Virus record (IMG/VR): IMGVR_UViG_3300024344_003081
Strand: one strand, 5' to 3'
DNA length: 64,000 nt
Origin: a virus
Taxonomy: Duplodnaviria > Caudoviricetes
Both the position numbers and the translations under genes were made by a program. The notes under the pieces are model-generated. The model was given only the letters and a program-made list of their open reading frames with translations. It was not told the DNA's origin and did not search any database. Positions 9,655 through 20,351 of this stretch are shown one piece after another (positions within the stretch are counted from its first letter, which is position 1; every line of letters begins with the position of its first letter).

Positions 9655-10710
9655 ATGAGTTTTTTAAAAGAATATATTAAGGAGGTGGGGAATGAATATG
9701 CTGGATTGGTTTCAGATGGTATTGAAGCAGGCGATGTTGAATCTTTCATTGATACTGGCAGTTATGCTTTTAATGCTTTACTTAGTGGCTCAATATATGG
9801 AGGTTTGGCCTCAAACAAAATTACAGCATTCGCTGGAGAAAGTGCAACTGGGAAAACATTCTTTGTACTCGGTATTGTCAAACAATTTTTGGAAGACAAT
9901 CCTACTGGTGGCGTTCTTTATTTTGAGTCTGAATCTGCTATAACAAGACAAATGATTGAGCAACGAGAAATAGATACTACTCGTATGGTTATGTTACCTG
10001 TTGCTACAATTCAAGAGTTTGCATATCAAGTTACAAAGGTTCTTGATAAACATCTTGCTAGTGAAGATAGAAAGCCTTTGATGATATGTCTTGATAGTCT
10101 TGGTATGTTATCTACTTCAAAAGAGGTGGGAGATGTTGCAGAAGGTAAAGAGACAAAAGATATGACAAGAGCCGCACTTGTAAAAGGAACATTTAGAGTA
10201 TTAACACTTAAAGCAAGTAAAGCAAAAGTTCCTGTATTAATTACAAATCATACTTATAGTCAAATTGGTGTGATGTTTCCACAGCAAATTATGGGTGGTG
10301 GTACTGGTCTTTATTATGCTTCAAGTAATATTGTATTTCTTTCAAAAAGAAAAGAAAAAGAAGGTACAGAAGTAATAGGTAATATTATTCATTGCAAAAA
10401 TCATAAGTCTAGATTGACAGTAGAAAATAAAATGGTTGATGCATTAGTGACTTATAATAAAGGATTAGATCGTTGGCATGGTATGTTAGAACTTGCTGAA
10501 GAAGCTGGTATTTTTACTAAAGTGTCAACAAGATTTGAGCTTCCAGATGGTACAAAATTATTTGGAAAACAAATTATGCAAGATCCTGAAAAACATTTTA
10601 CTGAAGAAGTAATGTTAAAAATCGACAAATATTGTCAGGAGAAATTTCTATATGGAACAACAAAAGACAATGAAGAAGTGGTACACGATGGTGAAGAATC
10701 CTCAGAATGA
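9655..10710 (+). CDS. uvsX: UvsX RecA-like recombinase
   Basis: [31 protein letters not shown]. Confidence 0.96.
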   Translation: MSFLKEYIKEVGNEYAGLVSDGIEAGDVESFIDTGSYAFNALLSGSIYGGLASNKITAFAGESATGKTFFVLGIVKQFLEDNPTGGVLYFESESAITRQMIEQREIDTTRMVMLPVATIQEFAYQVTKVLDKHLASEDRKPLMICLDSLGMLSTSKEVGDVAEGKETKDMTRAALVKGTFRVLTLKASKAKVPVLITNHTYSQIGVMFPQQIMGGGTGLYYASSNIVFLSKRKEKEGTEVIGNIIHCKNHKSRLTVENKMVDALVTYNKGLDRWHGMLELAEEAGIFTKVSTRFELPDGTKLFGKQIMQDPEKHFTEEVMLKIDKYCQEKFLYGTTKDNEEVVHDGEESSE

Positions 10711-11017
10711 AGAGGATGACCAATTCGCTTTTGCTATCACTAAAGGTAAATTTAAAGATGTAGTTTATAAGTATAATCGATTTGGATTAATAGAACCAGA
10801 TGCAGAACAAGAAGAGTTGAAATATCGGTTCGAATATGATATACTTGAAATACCTGGAGAAATCAGAGATAAGAAATATTCTGATACTGAGGGTGTAGAA
10901 TTTGAAAAATTAATAGGCGACATTTTAATAGAAGTAATTCAAGAAAACATAGATTTAAATACAAACGAAGATGACGAGGATAGAGGACACGATACTGAAG
11001 AATCTGATATTCAATGA
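10670..11017 (+). CDS. Conserved hypothetical protein at the uvsX-gp41 junction (position of T4 gp40)
   Basis: Acidic ORF overlapping both neighbours; alternative start at 10652. Confidence 0.55.
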   Translation: MKKWYTMVKNPQNEEDDQFAFAITKGKFKDVVYKYNRFGLIEPDAEQEELKYRFEYDILEIPGEIRDKKYSDTEGVEFEKLIGDILIEVIQENIDLNTNEDDEDRGHDTEESDIQ

Positions 11018-12410
11018 TGAATATACCAGAAAATCTCTTCCATATTTAAAAAAAGAATATTTTACAGATCATAATGATAAATTTCTTTTTGAAGAAATAG
11101 AAAATTATGTGAATAGTTTTAATGTTCTTCCTACCAAAGAAGCCCTAATTATAGAAGTTGGAAATAATTCGAAACTTACTGAAGATCAATTTACTGATGT
11201 TTCTAAAAAAGTTACAGAATATTTCGATAATAAAGAAGATACAGAAACAGATTGGTTACTTGAAACTACTGAAAGATTTTGTCAAGATAAAGCAATTTAT
11301 AATGCAGTACTTGAATCGATAGGTATTATTGATGATCAAAAAGAAACACAAAAAGATAAAGGAGCTATACCAGAAATTTTATCTGATGCTCTTTCTGTTT
11401 CTTTTGATCCTAACATAGGTCACGATTACATTGAAGATTCGAATGAACGGTTCGAATTTTATCACAAAGTTGAAGAAAAGATACCTTTTGATTTAGATTA
11501 TTTTAATAAAATAACTAAGGGCGGTTTATCCAAAAAAACTTTGAATGTCACTCTTGCTGGTGTAGGTGTTGGAAAGTCATTATTCATGTGTCATCATGCG
11601 GCTTCTGCAATTGCTCAAGGATTAAATGTTTTATATATTACTCTTGAAATGGCTGAAGAAAAGATTGCAGAAAGAATTGATGCAAATTTAATGAATATTA
11701 CGATAGATGATTTACATGATATACCTAAAGATATGTTTGATAAAAAAATAAAAAAAGTTAAAAAATCAACATCAGGTAGATTGATTGTTAAAGAATATCC
11801 CCCCGCTTCTGCGAATGTAAATCATTTTAGAAATTTATTGAATGAATTAAAATTAAAAAGAAAATTTGTACCTGAAATTATATTCATAGATTACTTAAAT
11901 ATTATGGCTTCATCCAGATTGAAGTATGGTAATACTGTAAATTCTTATAATTATATTAAATCTATTGCGGAAGAAGTACGTGGTCTTGCAGTTGAAAACA
12001 ATCTTCCTATTTGTTCTGCTACACAAACAACTAGATCAGGATTTACAGATACAGATTTTGGACTTGAAGATACTTCTGAATCATTTGGATTGCCAGCAAC
12101 TGCAGATTTTATGTTTGCTTTAATTAGTACAGAAGAATTAGAAGAACTTGATCAAATTTTAATTAAACAATTGAAAAATCGTTATAGTGATCCTGGTAAA
12201 AATAAAAGATTTGTAATTGGAATTGATAGAGCAAAAATGAAATTATATGATCTTGAAGAAACTGCACAAGATGATTTAGTTACGAGGTCTACACAAAAGA
12301 AAAAGCCAAGATTCAGCAAAAAAGATAAAGATGATGATCCAGTATTTGATGTTGGAACAAATAATAGAATGAAAAGAAAGAAAGATTTCTCGGAATTTTC
12401 CTTTAATTAG
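10971..12410 (+). CDS. gp41: Replicative DnaB-like helicase (gp41)
   Basis: LAGVGVGKS, ITLEMAEEKIAERIDAN, FIDYLNI, SATQTTRSG, SESFGLPATAD, KQLKNRY. Confidence 0.97.
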   Translation: MTRIEDTILKNLIFNDEYTRKSLPYLKKEYFTDHNDKFLFEEIENYVNSFNVLPTKEALIIEVGNNSKLTEDQFTDVSKKVTEYFDNKEDTETDWLLETTERFCQDKAIYNAVLESIGIIDDQKETQKDKGAIPEILSDALSVSFDPNIGHDYIEDSNERFEFYHKVEEKIPFDLDYFNKITKGGLSKKTLNVTLAGVGVGKSLFMCHHAASAIAQGLNVLYITLEMAEEKIAERIDANLMNITIDDLHDIPKDMFDKKIKKVKKSTSGRLIVKEYPPASANVNHFRNLLNELKLKRKFVPEIIFIDYLNIMASSRLKYGNTVNSYNYIKSIAEEVRGLAVENNLPICSATQTTRSGFTDTDFGLEDTSESFGLPATADFMFALISTEELEELDQILIKQLKNRYSDPGKNKRFVIGIDRAKMKLYDLEETAQDDLVTRSTQKKKPRFSKKDKDDDPVFDVGTNNRMKRKKDFSEFSFN

Positions 12411-12411
12411 C

Positions 12412-12439
12412 TTGACATAATTTCTCATTTTGATATAAT
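12412..12439 (+). promoter_or_regulatory. sigma70-type promoter
   Basis: TTGACA (12412-12417), 16-nt spacer, TG-A-TATAAT (12434-12439). Confidence 0.7.
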
Positions 12440-12497
12440 AATAGTGTATTGGTTGAGTTAGAAGCTCTTTTTGTTAATCTCAAATAAATGAGGTGAT

Positions 12498-13217
12498 ATG
12501 TATAAGTATATTATGATAATTACAGTTGCATTAACAATATTTTCGGGCTGTGCCCCAAAAAATTATGCTGTAGCTGGTAGTAATAAAATAGGATTACCAT
12601 TTGGTACTGTTCTTACAGTTGGTGGTAAAAAAATGATTGTAGTCAGTCAAGAAACTCAAGAAGTAAGATTAAAACCTTATATAGTAGAAAAAACATCTGT
12701 ATCTATGACAGGTGTTAAAGCAGAAGAACCCAAAGGCAATATAGTAAAACCAGAGTGGGACAGTAAAAAAGTTGTTACAGAAGGAGTAAAAACTGTTCAA
12801 GAATGTCAAGATCCACGAGGATGTCCTCAGGATGTTGCAACTGGTGAATGTCTTGAAGGGTGTTCTGAACAAAAAGTAAAAGTTGAAATGACAGAAACAA
12901 TTGTTACTCCAGCAATGCAAGTAGAAGTGACTAAACCAGTTTCAGATACACTTGATCCTGAGTTAGTTCTTGAAGTATTCTTTAAATTCGAACCAACCAT
13001 AGGTACCCCTAAATCTCTAAAAGGAATGTGGGCGAATTACTATGGTAAACCCGAATGGTTATGTGTAATGATAAATTTTTCAGGAACTACACGAACTAAA
13101 GTATTATTAACAAAACTTCTCCATTCCAACCCCAAATTTCTCAAAATGTGCAATACGGCATTTCCCCGCAATGACAATTTCTGGAATCACCTTCCAAAGT
13201 CAAAATTCTACAATTAA
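12498..13217 (+). CDS. Hypothetical lipoprotein
   Basis: Signal peptide with lipobox FSGC; SD GAGGTG. Confidence 0.55.
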   Translation: MYKYIMIITVALTIFSGCAPKNYAVAGSNKIGLPFGTVLTVGGKKMIVVSQETQEVRLKPYIVEKTSVSMTGVKAEEPKGNIVKPEWDSKKVVTEGVKTVQECQDPRGCPQDVATGECLEGCSEQKVKVEMTETIVTPAMQVEVTKPVSDTLDPELVLEVFFKFEPTIGTPKSLKGMWANYYGKPEWLCVMINFSGTTRTKVLLTKLLHSNPKFLKMCNTAFPRNDNFWNHLPKSKFYN

Positions 13218-13289
13218 ACAATCCTCAATTAGATAATATAATAAATAGTTAGTGACTATTTATGTTTATATTACAGTACTTAGAGGAAA

Positions 13290-14525
13290 ATGATCGATTT
13301 TAAAGATTTTTTGCTAGAATCTCAGGGTGCTAACAAGCACCTTGAGCATATAGAAGATGAAGTTTTAAATGGTGGTTTCGATGGTGTGAAAAAGGCAATC
13401 ACCTATTTAAGTTCATTAGGATCAACTTTAAAGGGTTCTTCTTCTAAAAAAATTACAATAACGACCAAATGGGATGGAGCGCCAGCAATTGTAGCTGGAA
13501 TAGATCCTGAGACTAAAAAGTTTTTTGTAGCAACTAAACATGGAGCATTTGCTAAAGAACCTAAATTAAATTTTTCAGATGAAGATATTGAAAATAATCA
13601 TGAAGCAACAGGATTGCAAGATGTATTAAAAGATTCATTAAAATATCTTAAAGATATTGGAATGGATGGTGTTTATCAAGGAGATTTATTATATAGTCCA
13701 CAGAAATCTAAAACACTACAGAATATAGATGGTGAATCGCATGTTGTTTTTACTCCAAATACTATAACATATGCGATTAAATTAAGAAGTGACTTGGGTA
13801 GAAAAATAACTGCTTCAAAATTGGGCATTGTTTGGCATACAAAATATGTCGGTGAAAAAGTAAATCAGATGGATGCTACATTTGATGTAAATGTTGATAA
13901 TTTTAAACAAACATCAGATGTATGGTTTAAAGATGCTGAATATGAAAAAATGGATGGAATAGCATCTTTTACTAAAGAGGAAACTGAAAAATATTTTAAT
14001 GTACTTTCGATGGCAGGTAGAGTATTTAGAACTCTTAATAAAAAACTGTTAGACGGTATTAAAGATGATAAATACTTAAATACACAGATTAAAGCATTTG
14101 CTAATTTTAAAATAAGACAAGGTATGCCCATTGGAAATGTTAATAGTCATGTTATTGGTTTGATTAGATATTTACAAAATAAGTTAGATAAAGAGGTTGA
14201 TAAATTAAAATCAGTAAGAGGTAAAGAAAATAGGCGTAAAAAAAATGAAGATATTTTAAAATTTTTTACTGGGAATAAGACTGCTTTGAAAAATATGTTT
14301 CAAATGCAAAATATTCTTATAGCCGCTAAAATGATAGTAATTAAGAAATTACAAGATATTCAGCCTTTGACAAAAACGTTTATACAAACCGATAAAGGTT
14401 TTGAAATTACAAATCCAGAAGGATTTGTTGCAGTTACATTAGATGATGGAGCGGTAAAATTAGTAGATAGACTAGAGTTTTCTAGACAAAATTTTTTAGC
14501 ACCAAAAACATTTGGGAGTCGTTAA
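13290..14525 (+). CDS. Conserved T4-like protein (DUF6267-like) with ligase/nucleotidyltransferase-like motifs
   Basis: MIDFKDFLLE start, KHLEHIED, TTKWDGAPA, YQGDLLY, NPEGFVAV, AVKLVDRLEFS. Confidence 0.65.
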   Translation: MIDFKDFLLESQGANKHLEHIEDEVLNGGFDGVKKAITYLSSLGSTLKGSSSKKITITTKWDGAPAIVAGIDPETKKFFVATKHGAFAKEPKLNFSDEDIENNHEATGLQDVLKDSLKYLKDIGMDGVYQGDLLYSPQKSKTLQNIDGESHVVFTPNTITYAIKLRSDLGRKITASKLGIVWHTKYVGEKVNQMDATFDVNVDNFKQTSDVWFKDAEYEKMDGIASFTKEETEKYFNVLSMAGRVFRTLNKKLLDGIKDDKYLNTQIKAFANFKIRQGMPIGNVNSHVIGLIRYLQNKLDKEVDKLKSVRGKENRRKKNEDILKFFTGNKTALKNMFQMQNILIAAKMIVIKKLQDIQPLTKTFIQTDKGFEITNPEGFVAVTLDDGAVKLVDRLEFSRQNFLAPKTFGSR

Positions 14526-14938
14526 TGCAAGTAGCAGAACAGGGTCTTTTAGACAGATTAGGCGAATCTTATATGAATATAGCATTGTCAGAAGATGTCG
14601 ATGCACGATTAAAAAGATTAGCAAGAGAAGGATTAATCGGTAAACAAGAATATGCATTGTTTCTTAAAACAATGAAAGATTTGGAAGATGATAAAAAACC
14701 AAATCCAAAACAAAGAATGCTGATTATAAGAATTTTTGATAAAATGCTTGCTCTCATTATGGGCGATAAAGTTGTATATCAAAAAATATTACAAACTGTT
14801 AAAAAAGGCAAAAAAGATAAAGCAAAAGTAGCAGAAGAAGCCTTTAGAGATACACACACCACAGTTGTTCATGGTGGAACAGAATTTTATGTTAATGCTG
14901 AGAACAAATTAGTGGAAATGCCATCTTCATTTGAATAA
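14525..14938 (+). CDS. Hypothetical protein
   Basis: 137-aa ORF coupled to upstream stop (TAATG). Confidence 0.6.
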   Translation: MQVAEQGLLDRLGESYMNIALSEDVDARLKRLAREGLIGKQEYALFLKTMKDLEDDKKPNPKQRMLIIRIFDKMLALIMGDKVVYQKILQTVKKGKKDKAKVAEEAFRDTHTTVVHGGTEFYVNAENKLVEMPSSFE

Positions 14939-14946
14939 ATAATTCT

Positions 14947-17094
14947 ATGAAGATTTATAAACATTTTTTAACAGAAACAAAGCAAGAAAAAACAGCAGTT
15001 GTGACTTTTGGGAGAATGAATCCTCCTTCAATAGGTCATGTTAAACTTGCAAAAAAGATTGGAGCAGAGGCTAGAAAACATAAAGCAGAGCCTTTTATTT
15101 TTCTGTCCCCTACTCAGAATGCTAAAAAGGATCCTTTAGGTCCAGATAGAAAAGTTGTTTATGTTGAAAAAACAATAGGTCAAAATATCAATATAGATAT
15201 TAAACCTACAGTTTTTGAAGCACTATCTGATTTATATTCTAATGGATTTAAAAAACTTGTATTTGTAGTTGGTAGTGATAGATTAGCTAAATTTTCAAAA
15301 TGGATATCAGAATATAATGGAAAAGAGAAAAGACATGGATTTTATGATTTTATAGATATCGATTTTGTAAGTTCAGGAGATCGTGATCCTGATGCTGAAG
15401 GTGTTGCTGGAATGTCTGCATCGAAATTAAGAGAATTTGCAGTTTCTGGAGATTTTGACAGTTTTAAAAAGGGAACGAAATTATCTGTTAAAGATACAAA
15501 GTCTATGTATAACGAAATTAGGAAGGCAATGAAAATTGACACTATAAAAGAAGCGGCTCTTAGACCTGGAACTAAAGTAAAAGTTGCTCATCCAGCAAAA
15601 GGTAAGGGAATGGTTACAGGAAAAGTAGTTCGCTATGATGATCAAGGGCCTCATTCTCCTTTTTACGTTGTTGCTATTCCAGGATTAGCAAGATCAGAAA
15701 AAGTGCCCGCACATAAAATTAAAGAAGGAGCAGAATATCCCAAAACTCCTGAGGCAAAGAAAGCACATTTAGCTAAAATAATGAAAAAAGTGAAAGATAC
15801 CGAAGCAAAAAGAGCAAAAGCGGGTTATAAAATAATAGATAGAACTCCTGATTGGATGTTTTCTAAAGAAGAAGTTGAAGTAGATGAAATGAGTGCAGTA
15901 CAAAAAACTGCTCTTAATATTCATAATCAAAGAGTTAAGTTGGGTATTGTTAAACCTGGTACTAAAAAGATCAAGAAGAAAGAAAGTGGAGTACAGAAAG
16001 CGGCTAGGGCTTCAGGAATGTCTAATAGAGAAAGATCCTTTTTGTACAATGATAATCATTTGGAAGATATTGAAATAGATGAAATGTCTAAAAAATTACT
16101 TTATAGAGCCGCATCAAAAGCAGAAGTACAAGGAAGAGAACCTGAAAGTCCAGGTTCAGACACAGGTTTTGGTAAGAGAGATCCCGCAATAAGATTGAAA
16201 CGAAGAAAACAAGCTGTTAAATTTGTTAAAGGAATATCTAAAGCATCAGAAGAAGTTGTAGTAGACGAAGCAAAAATAGAAAAACAACCTGATGATCATC
16301 TTAAAGCAAAGATGAAGCAATTGCGTACTAGCGGAAAAACTGATATGCCTTCTTTTCAATTTATGATTAAACGTATTGGTAAAGAGATGAAGAAAAGGGG
16401 ATTAGAAGAAAAAGCGCCTCCAGGAAGAGAAAAGCAAGTAAAAGCATTAAAGAAAAAAGTAGGTACAGAAAAAGCATATGCATTTGCTTGGGCGCAACAT
16501 AATAAACATGGATTGCCCGAAGAAGCAGATCGAAAAAGACTCCCGACAAGGAAACAAATTAAGAAACATTGGGCTGATACTCAAATAAAAAGAAAAAAAG
16601 AAATGATAAAAACCAGTCATCCTGGATATGATGAATCTGTTATAATAGACAATTTAAAATTAAAAGCTGAACAGTCTGGTATTCCATTTAAAATTTTACA
16701 AAAAGTATATACTCGTGGAATTAGTGCATGGAATACAGGACATAGACCAGGAACTACTCCCCAACAATGGGCAGAGTCAAGAGTTAATTCATTTTTGACT
16801 GGTGGTAAAACTAGATTAATCGCAGATCAAGATTTATGGATTCAAGTTAACTCTGTGCATAGAACAAAGGAAGAAATGGATACAAATCATGCATTCAAAA
16901 AATGGTTAGCCTTTAGTGAAGCAGATGTAGTTGTAGACACTCCTCAAGGCAGATATGTAAAAAAAGGATCTGTTGCTTCAGAAAAAATGAGAGCAAAAAG
17001 GGCTTTCCGAGACCAGAAAGATAAAAAACAAGTAAGTACTAGGGTAGCTAACCCTATAGAAAGAAAATATCTTCAACGTAAAGATGAGGGATAA
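14947..17094 (+). CDS. Multi-module protein with N-terminal HIGH-family cytidylyl/nucleotidyltransferase domain
   Basis: TFGRMNPPSIGH, VVGSDRL, GMSASKLR; later Lys-rich modules incl. ISAWNTGHRPGTTPQQWAESRVNSF (DUF5824-like). Confidence 0.75.
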   Translation: MKIYKHFLTETKQEKTAVVTFGRMNPPSIGHVKLAKKIGAEARKHKAEPFIFLSPTQNAKKDPLGPDRKVVYVEKTIGQNINIDIKPTVFEALSDLYSNGFKKLVFVVGSDRLAKFSKWISEYNGKEKRHGFYDFIDIDFVSSGDRDPDAEGVAGMSASKLREFAVSGDFDSFKKGTKLSVKDTKSMYNEIRKAMKIDTIKEAALRPGTKVKVAHPAKGKGMVTGKVVRYDDQGPHSPFYVVAIPGLARSEKVPAHKIKEGAEYPKTPEAKKAHLAKIMKKVKDTEAKRAKAGYKIIDRTPDWMFSKEEVEVDEMSAVQKTALNIHNQRVKLGIVKPGTKKIKKKESGVQKAARASGMSNRERSFLYNDNHLEDIEIDEMSKKLLYRAASKAEVQGREPESPGSDTGFGKRDPAIRLKRRKQAVKFVKGISKASEEVVVDEAKIEKQPDDHLKAKMKQLRTSGKTDMPSFQFMIKRIGKEMKKRGLEEKAPPGREKQVKALKKKVGTEKAYAFAWAQHNKHGLPEEADRKRLPTRKQIKKHWADTQIKRKKEMIKTSHPGYDESVIIDNLKLKAEQSGIPFKILQKVYTRGISAWNTGHRPGTTPQQWAESRVNSFLTGGKTRLIADQDLWIQVNSVHRTKEEMDTNHAFKKWLAFSEADVVVDTPQGRYVKKGSVASEKMRAKRAFRDQKDKKQVSTRVANPIERKYLQRKDEG

Positions 17095-17096
17095 AC

Positions 17097-20000
17097 ATGG
17101 ATTTTAAAACGCTTCACGAAGATTGGAAAACTTTATCACCAGGTCCTTTTACAGAACCTGAAGATGAAGCAATATATCAAGAATTTTTAAAAATAAAAGA
17201 GCAAGGTGATGTACATCATCATCATTATGCTAAAGGTGATAATCCTGATGATAAAAAGAAACGAGAGAAAGATGCTAAAGCTAAAGCAAAAGAAGGCGAA
17301 GCAAAAGCAGATAAACCAGACAGTAATGGTGAAGCAAAACCAAAAGAAGGTGAAGCGAAAGCAAATGATAACGGTGAAGAAAAACCAAAATTAGATCCTG
17401 TTGGAAAAGAAGATGGGGATATTGATAATGATGGAGATAAAGATAAATCTGATAAGTATCTAGCGAAAAAAAGAAAAGCAATTGGTAAATCTATTAAAGC
17501 ACAGAAAAAAACGAAAAACGAAAAACCTATAAAATTATCAGGCGAAAAAGAAAAAGTTAAACTTCATAAGGGAGTTGAAGAAGCAAGTACATATAGAGAT
17601 AGTAAAAAAGCAGAGGATAATAAAAAGGTCAAGAAATTTGCTTTTGGAAAGAAAAAAGAAAGAAGAATTGCTGGTCAATATCATTCAGGATATAGTAAAG
17701 AAGAAACAGAACTTGGAGAGGGTCACGAAAAAGAAATTGCTAATTTTATGGACAAAGCATTTCAAGGAGTAGACTATCATTTTAAACAAGGCGCACTTCA
17801 TGTAGCAAAAGGATTTAGAGGAAAAGTTGCACGAAGAATGGCGGGGGAAGGAATTAAACCTCCTATAAAAGGTATAAAAGAAGAAGCCGAACTTAAAGAA
17901 GCAGAATATGTAAAACCAGTTTTCTCGGGTAAAGAAAAAGCAAATATAAAGAGAACACTCGGATTTTCATTTGCAGACAAGGTTAAAAAATATAATAAAA
18001 AATTACAAAAAACAAAAGATTCTATTAACAAATATAAAACAGAAGATACTGAAATTGAAGAAAGAGCATTGTCTGGTAAAGAAGTTGCTCAAAGAATGCT
18101 AAATTATAAAGGTAGAGGTGGTCATAATTATTTAAAAGGATTTGCAAAAGATGTTGCAAAAATGAGAACAGTTACTAGAAATGATTTAGAAAAATTATTT
18201 CCCGATTATGTTGATGGAAGTGATATTACAAAATTATTAGAGGGATGGAAAAAAGGAAAATATAAAATTACTGATGATAAAGGAAAAATACATGGTGTAT
18301 TTAATTCTGGTCGTCAAGCTGAAAAAGCACAACAAGATATGATGCAAAAAGGAGATCATAAGAGACTTGAAGTATCAGCGGTGAACGAAGGAGAATTAGA
18401 TGAAGCTCCATCAAACTACGAAGATGAAATTAAAAAATTTAAAGCTGGTGGCGGAAAAGTTAAAAAATTAAAGCCTGGCAAAAAATTTGGAAGTCTTTTT
18501 AAACAAAAGGGACCAAAAAGACCCCCACGACAAGCTGAAGAAACAGAAGATGTGGAAGAGGGTACTGGATTACAAGTAAAAATGGCTTTAGATGATGCAG
18601 GATTAAAGGGGAAATTCAAAGATGGAAAAGTTAGTGTTCATAAAAAACATATGAAAAAAGCACACAAAGCCCTAAAAGGAAATGTCTATTATAAAGGAAA
18701 AACTCCTGATGTTGTGGGAGAGGACACACTTGATGAAGCAACAAAATCTCAATTGCGTGATTTTTCTCAGGAGTTAGCCGCTTATGCAAGAAAACATAGA
18801 AGCAGTATTGATAAACAATATTATGAAAAAATCGCACAAATAGCCGCGGCAGGAAAAATACCTTCTGCTAAAGATATTGATACTGATACAGAGCCACGAG
18901 ATGTTGTTTTAGGTATGATGGCTAAATCTTTTCCTTCAGGAGTAATGAAAAGTTTTAAAGGAGTTTCTCCTGCTCTTGATCGTTCTTTGTCAAAAGGTAG
19001 TGGACTTTATTATGCTCGACATGGTGAAGAAGTCGAACATGAAGGTGATATGACAGAAGATTTAAAAGCAATTGAAAAAGAAATTGATAAACTTCATAGT
19101 CGAACCAAACATATGAAGTATCTTACTGGAAAAGATCGTGATGCAATGCGGGCTTTGTCAAGAAAAAGAGATGCCGCTTTAAAGGGACGTAAATTTGAAG
19201 AGGTAGAACTTGATGAATTAGTTGCTCCAGGAAAAAAATCTGCAAGTGGTTATATACTTTATCATAAAACCTTTTCAGATGCAATGCAACATGCAGTTGA
19301 TCATGCAAAAACAAAAGGTGCTATTGTAGATCCTAAAGAAATAGATGATAAAGTTGCAACTGGCCCAAGAAAACCATCAAGCGGTAAGACAAATCGTTAT
19401 TCATTAGGTGCAGGAAGAAAAACAGTACAAATTCAAGTTGCAAATTTAGACAACAAAGCATACGAATTGAACATGTATATTGAAGGTGTTCAATTTGATG
19501 AAGATTTTAAAGGAAGAATTTCTAACAACCCACTAATAAATAAACTTTACTTGATGAATCAAGCAAAGGCTATTGCAAAAGAAAAAGCAGGTCCCGATAA
19601 AGAACATAAAATTTCTGCTTGGGAAGATTTAGCTAAAAAAATGGGATTCGACAGACGAGATTATGAAGAGTTTGGTGAACATCAAGGTATGTATGAATCC
19701 TCTATACCACAAGAAAAGGGAGATATGGCTACTAAAACAAGACTAAAACTTGAAAAGGTTCTAGAAAATAGAAAAAAGATTGTAGAGCCTAAGGAGAGTG
19801 AAAGAGCAGGAGAATGGGGAACTGATAAGTTGTCTGACAATTATAAGGAAGCCACTCCTGGTCAAGATGTAAAAGAAGGAAATGTCATTGTCAATGACAG
19901 AGATCCTTATAGGGTGTTTGAACACATGGTTCATTATTTAATGGGTACTTCTATTAAAAATGTAGAAGATTATTCATTTTATAAAATTGAAGAAACACCT

Positions 20001-20315
20001 GATAAATTGAGATTAGAAAATAAAGAAGGAGCTTTAGCAACAATTACTTTAGCTGATGTTCAATCTTTTTACGATGATCAAGATATGGGTATGGATGAAT
20101 TTGTTGAAATGATAGTAGGATTTGGTGTTAAAGAATTGACAGAAAAAGAAAATAGTATTATAGGAGACGAAGGTACTCCTGCTATTGGAAAAGACAAAAT
20201 GGGGCAAGGTATCTATACTACTGATCCACCCAAAACTTTTGAAAATATAGATGTATATTCAAAATATATTCAATCAAATGAACAGCGGCTAAAAAAAGGT
20301 TTCGTTGTAAGCTAA
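17097..20315 (+). CDS. Large Lys/Glu-rich modular protein, probable head-internal protein
   Basis: 1072 aa, highly charged, many (I/L/V)xE junctions between short basic modules. Confidence 0.55.
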   Translation: MDFKTLHEDWKTLSPGPFTEPEDEAIYQEFLKIKEQGDVHHHHYAKGDNPDDKKKREKDAKAKAKEGEAKADKPDSNGEAKPKEGEAKANDNGEEKPKLDPVGKEDGDIDNDGDKDKSDKYLAKKRKAIGKSIKAQKKTKNEKPIKLSGEKEKVKLHKGVEEASTYRDSKKAEDNKKVKKFAFGKKKERRIAGQYHSGYSKEETELGEGHEKEIANFMDKAFQGVDYHFKQGALHVAKGFRGKVARRMAGEGIKPPIKGIKEEAELKEAEYVKPVFSGKEKANIKRTLGFSFADKVKKYNKKLQKTKDSINKYKTEDTEIEERALSGKEVAQRMLNYKGRGGHNYLKGFAKDVAKMRTVTRNDLEKLFPDYVDGSDITKLLEGWKKGKYKITDDKGKIHGVFNSGRQAEKAQQDMMQKGDHKRLEVSAVNEGELDEAPSNYEDEIKKFKAGGGKVKKLKPGKKFGSLFKQKGPKRPPRQAEETEDVEEGTGLQVKMALDDAGLKGKFKDGKVSVHKKHMKKAHKALKGNVYYKGKTPDVVGEDTLDEATKSQLRDFSQELAAYARKHRSSIDKQYYEKIAQIAAAGKIPSAKDIDTDTEPRDVVLGMMAKSFPSGVMKSFKGVSPALDRSLSKGSGLYYARHGEEVEHEGDMTEDLKAIEKEIDKLHSRTKHMKYLTGKDRDAMRALSRKRDAALKGRKFEEVELDELVAPGKKSASGYILYHKTFSDAMQHAVDHAKTKGAIVDPKEIDDKVATGPRKPSSGKTNRYSLGAGRKTVQIQVANLDNKAYELNMYIEGVQFDEDFKGRISNNPLINKLYLMNQAKAIAKEKAGPDKEHKISAWEDLAKKMGFDRRDYEEFGEHQGMYESSIPQEKGDMATKTRLKLEKVLENRKKIVEPKESERAGEWGTDKLSDNYKEATPGQDVKEGNVIVNDRDPYRVFEHMVHYLMGTSIKNVEDYSFYKIEETPDKLRLENKEGALATITLADVQSFYDDQDMGMDEFVEMIVGFGVKELTEKENSIIGDEGTPAIGKDKMGQGIYTTDPPKTFENIDVYSKYIQSNEQRLKKGFVVS

Positions 20316-20351
20316 ATAATGAGAATAAACAATTTTAATTAGGAGAAAACA

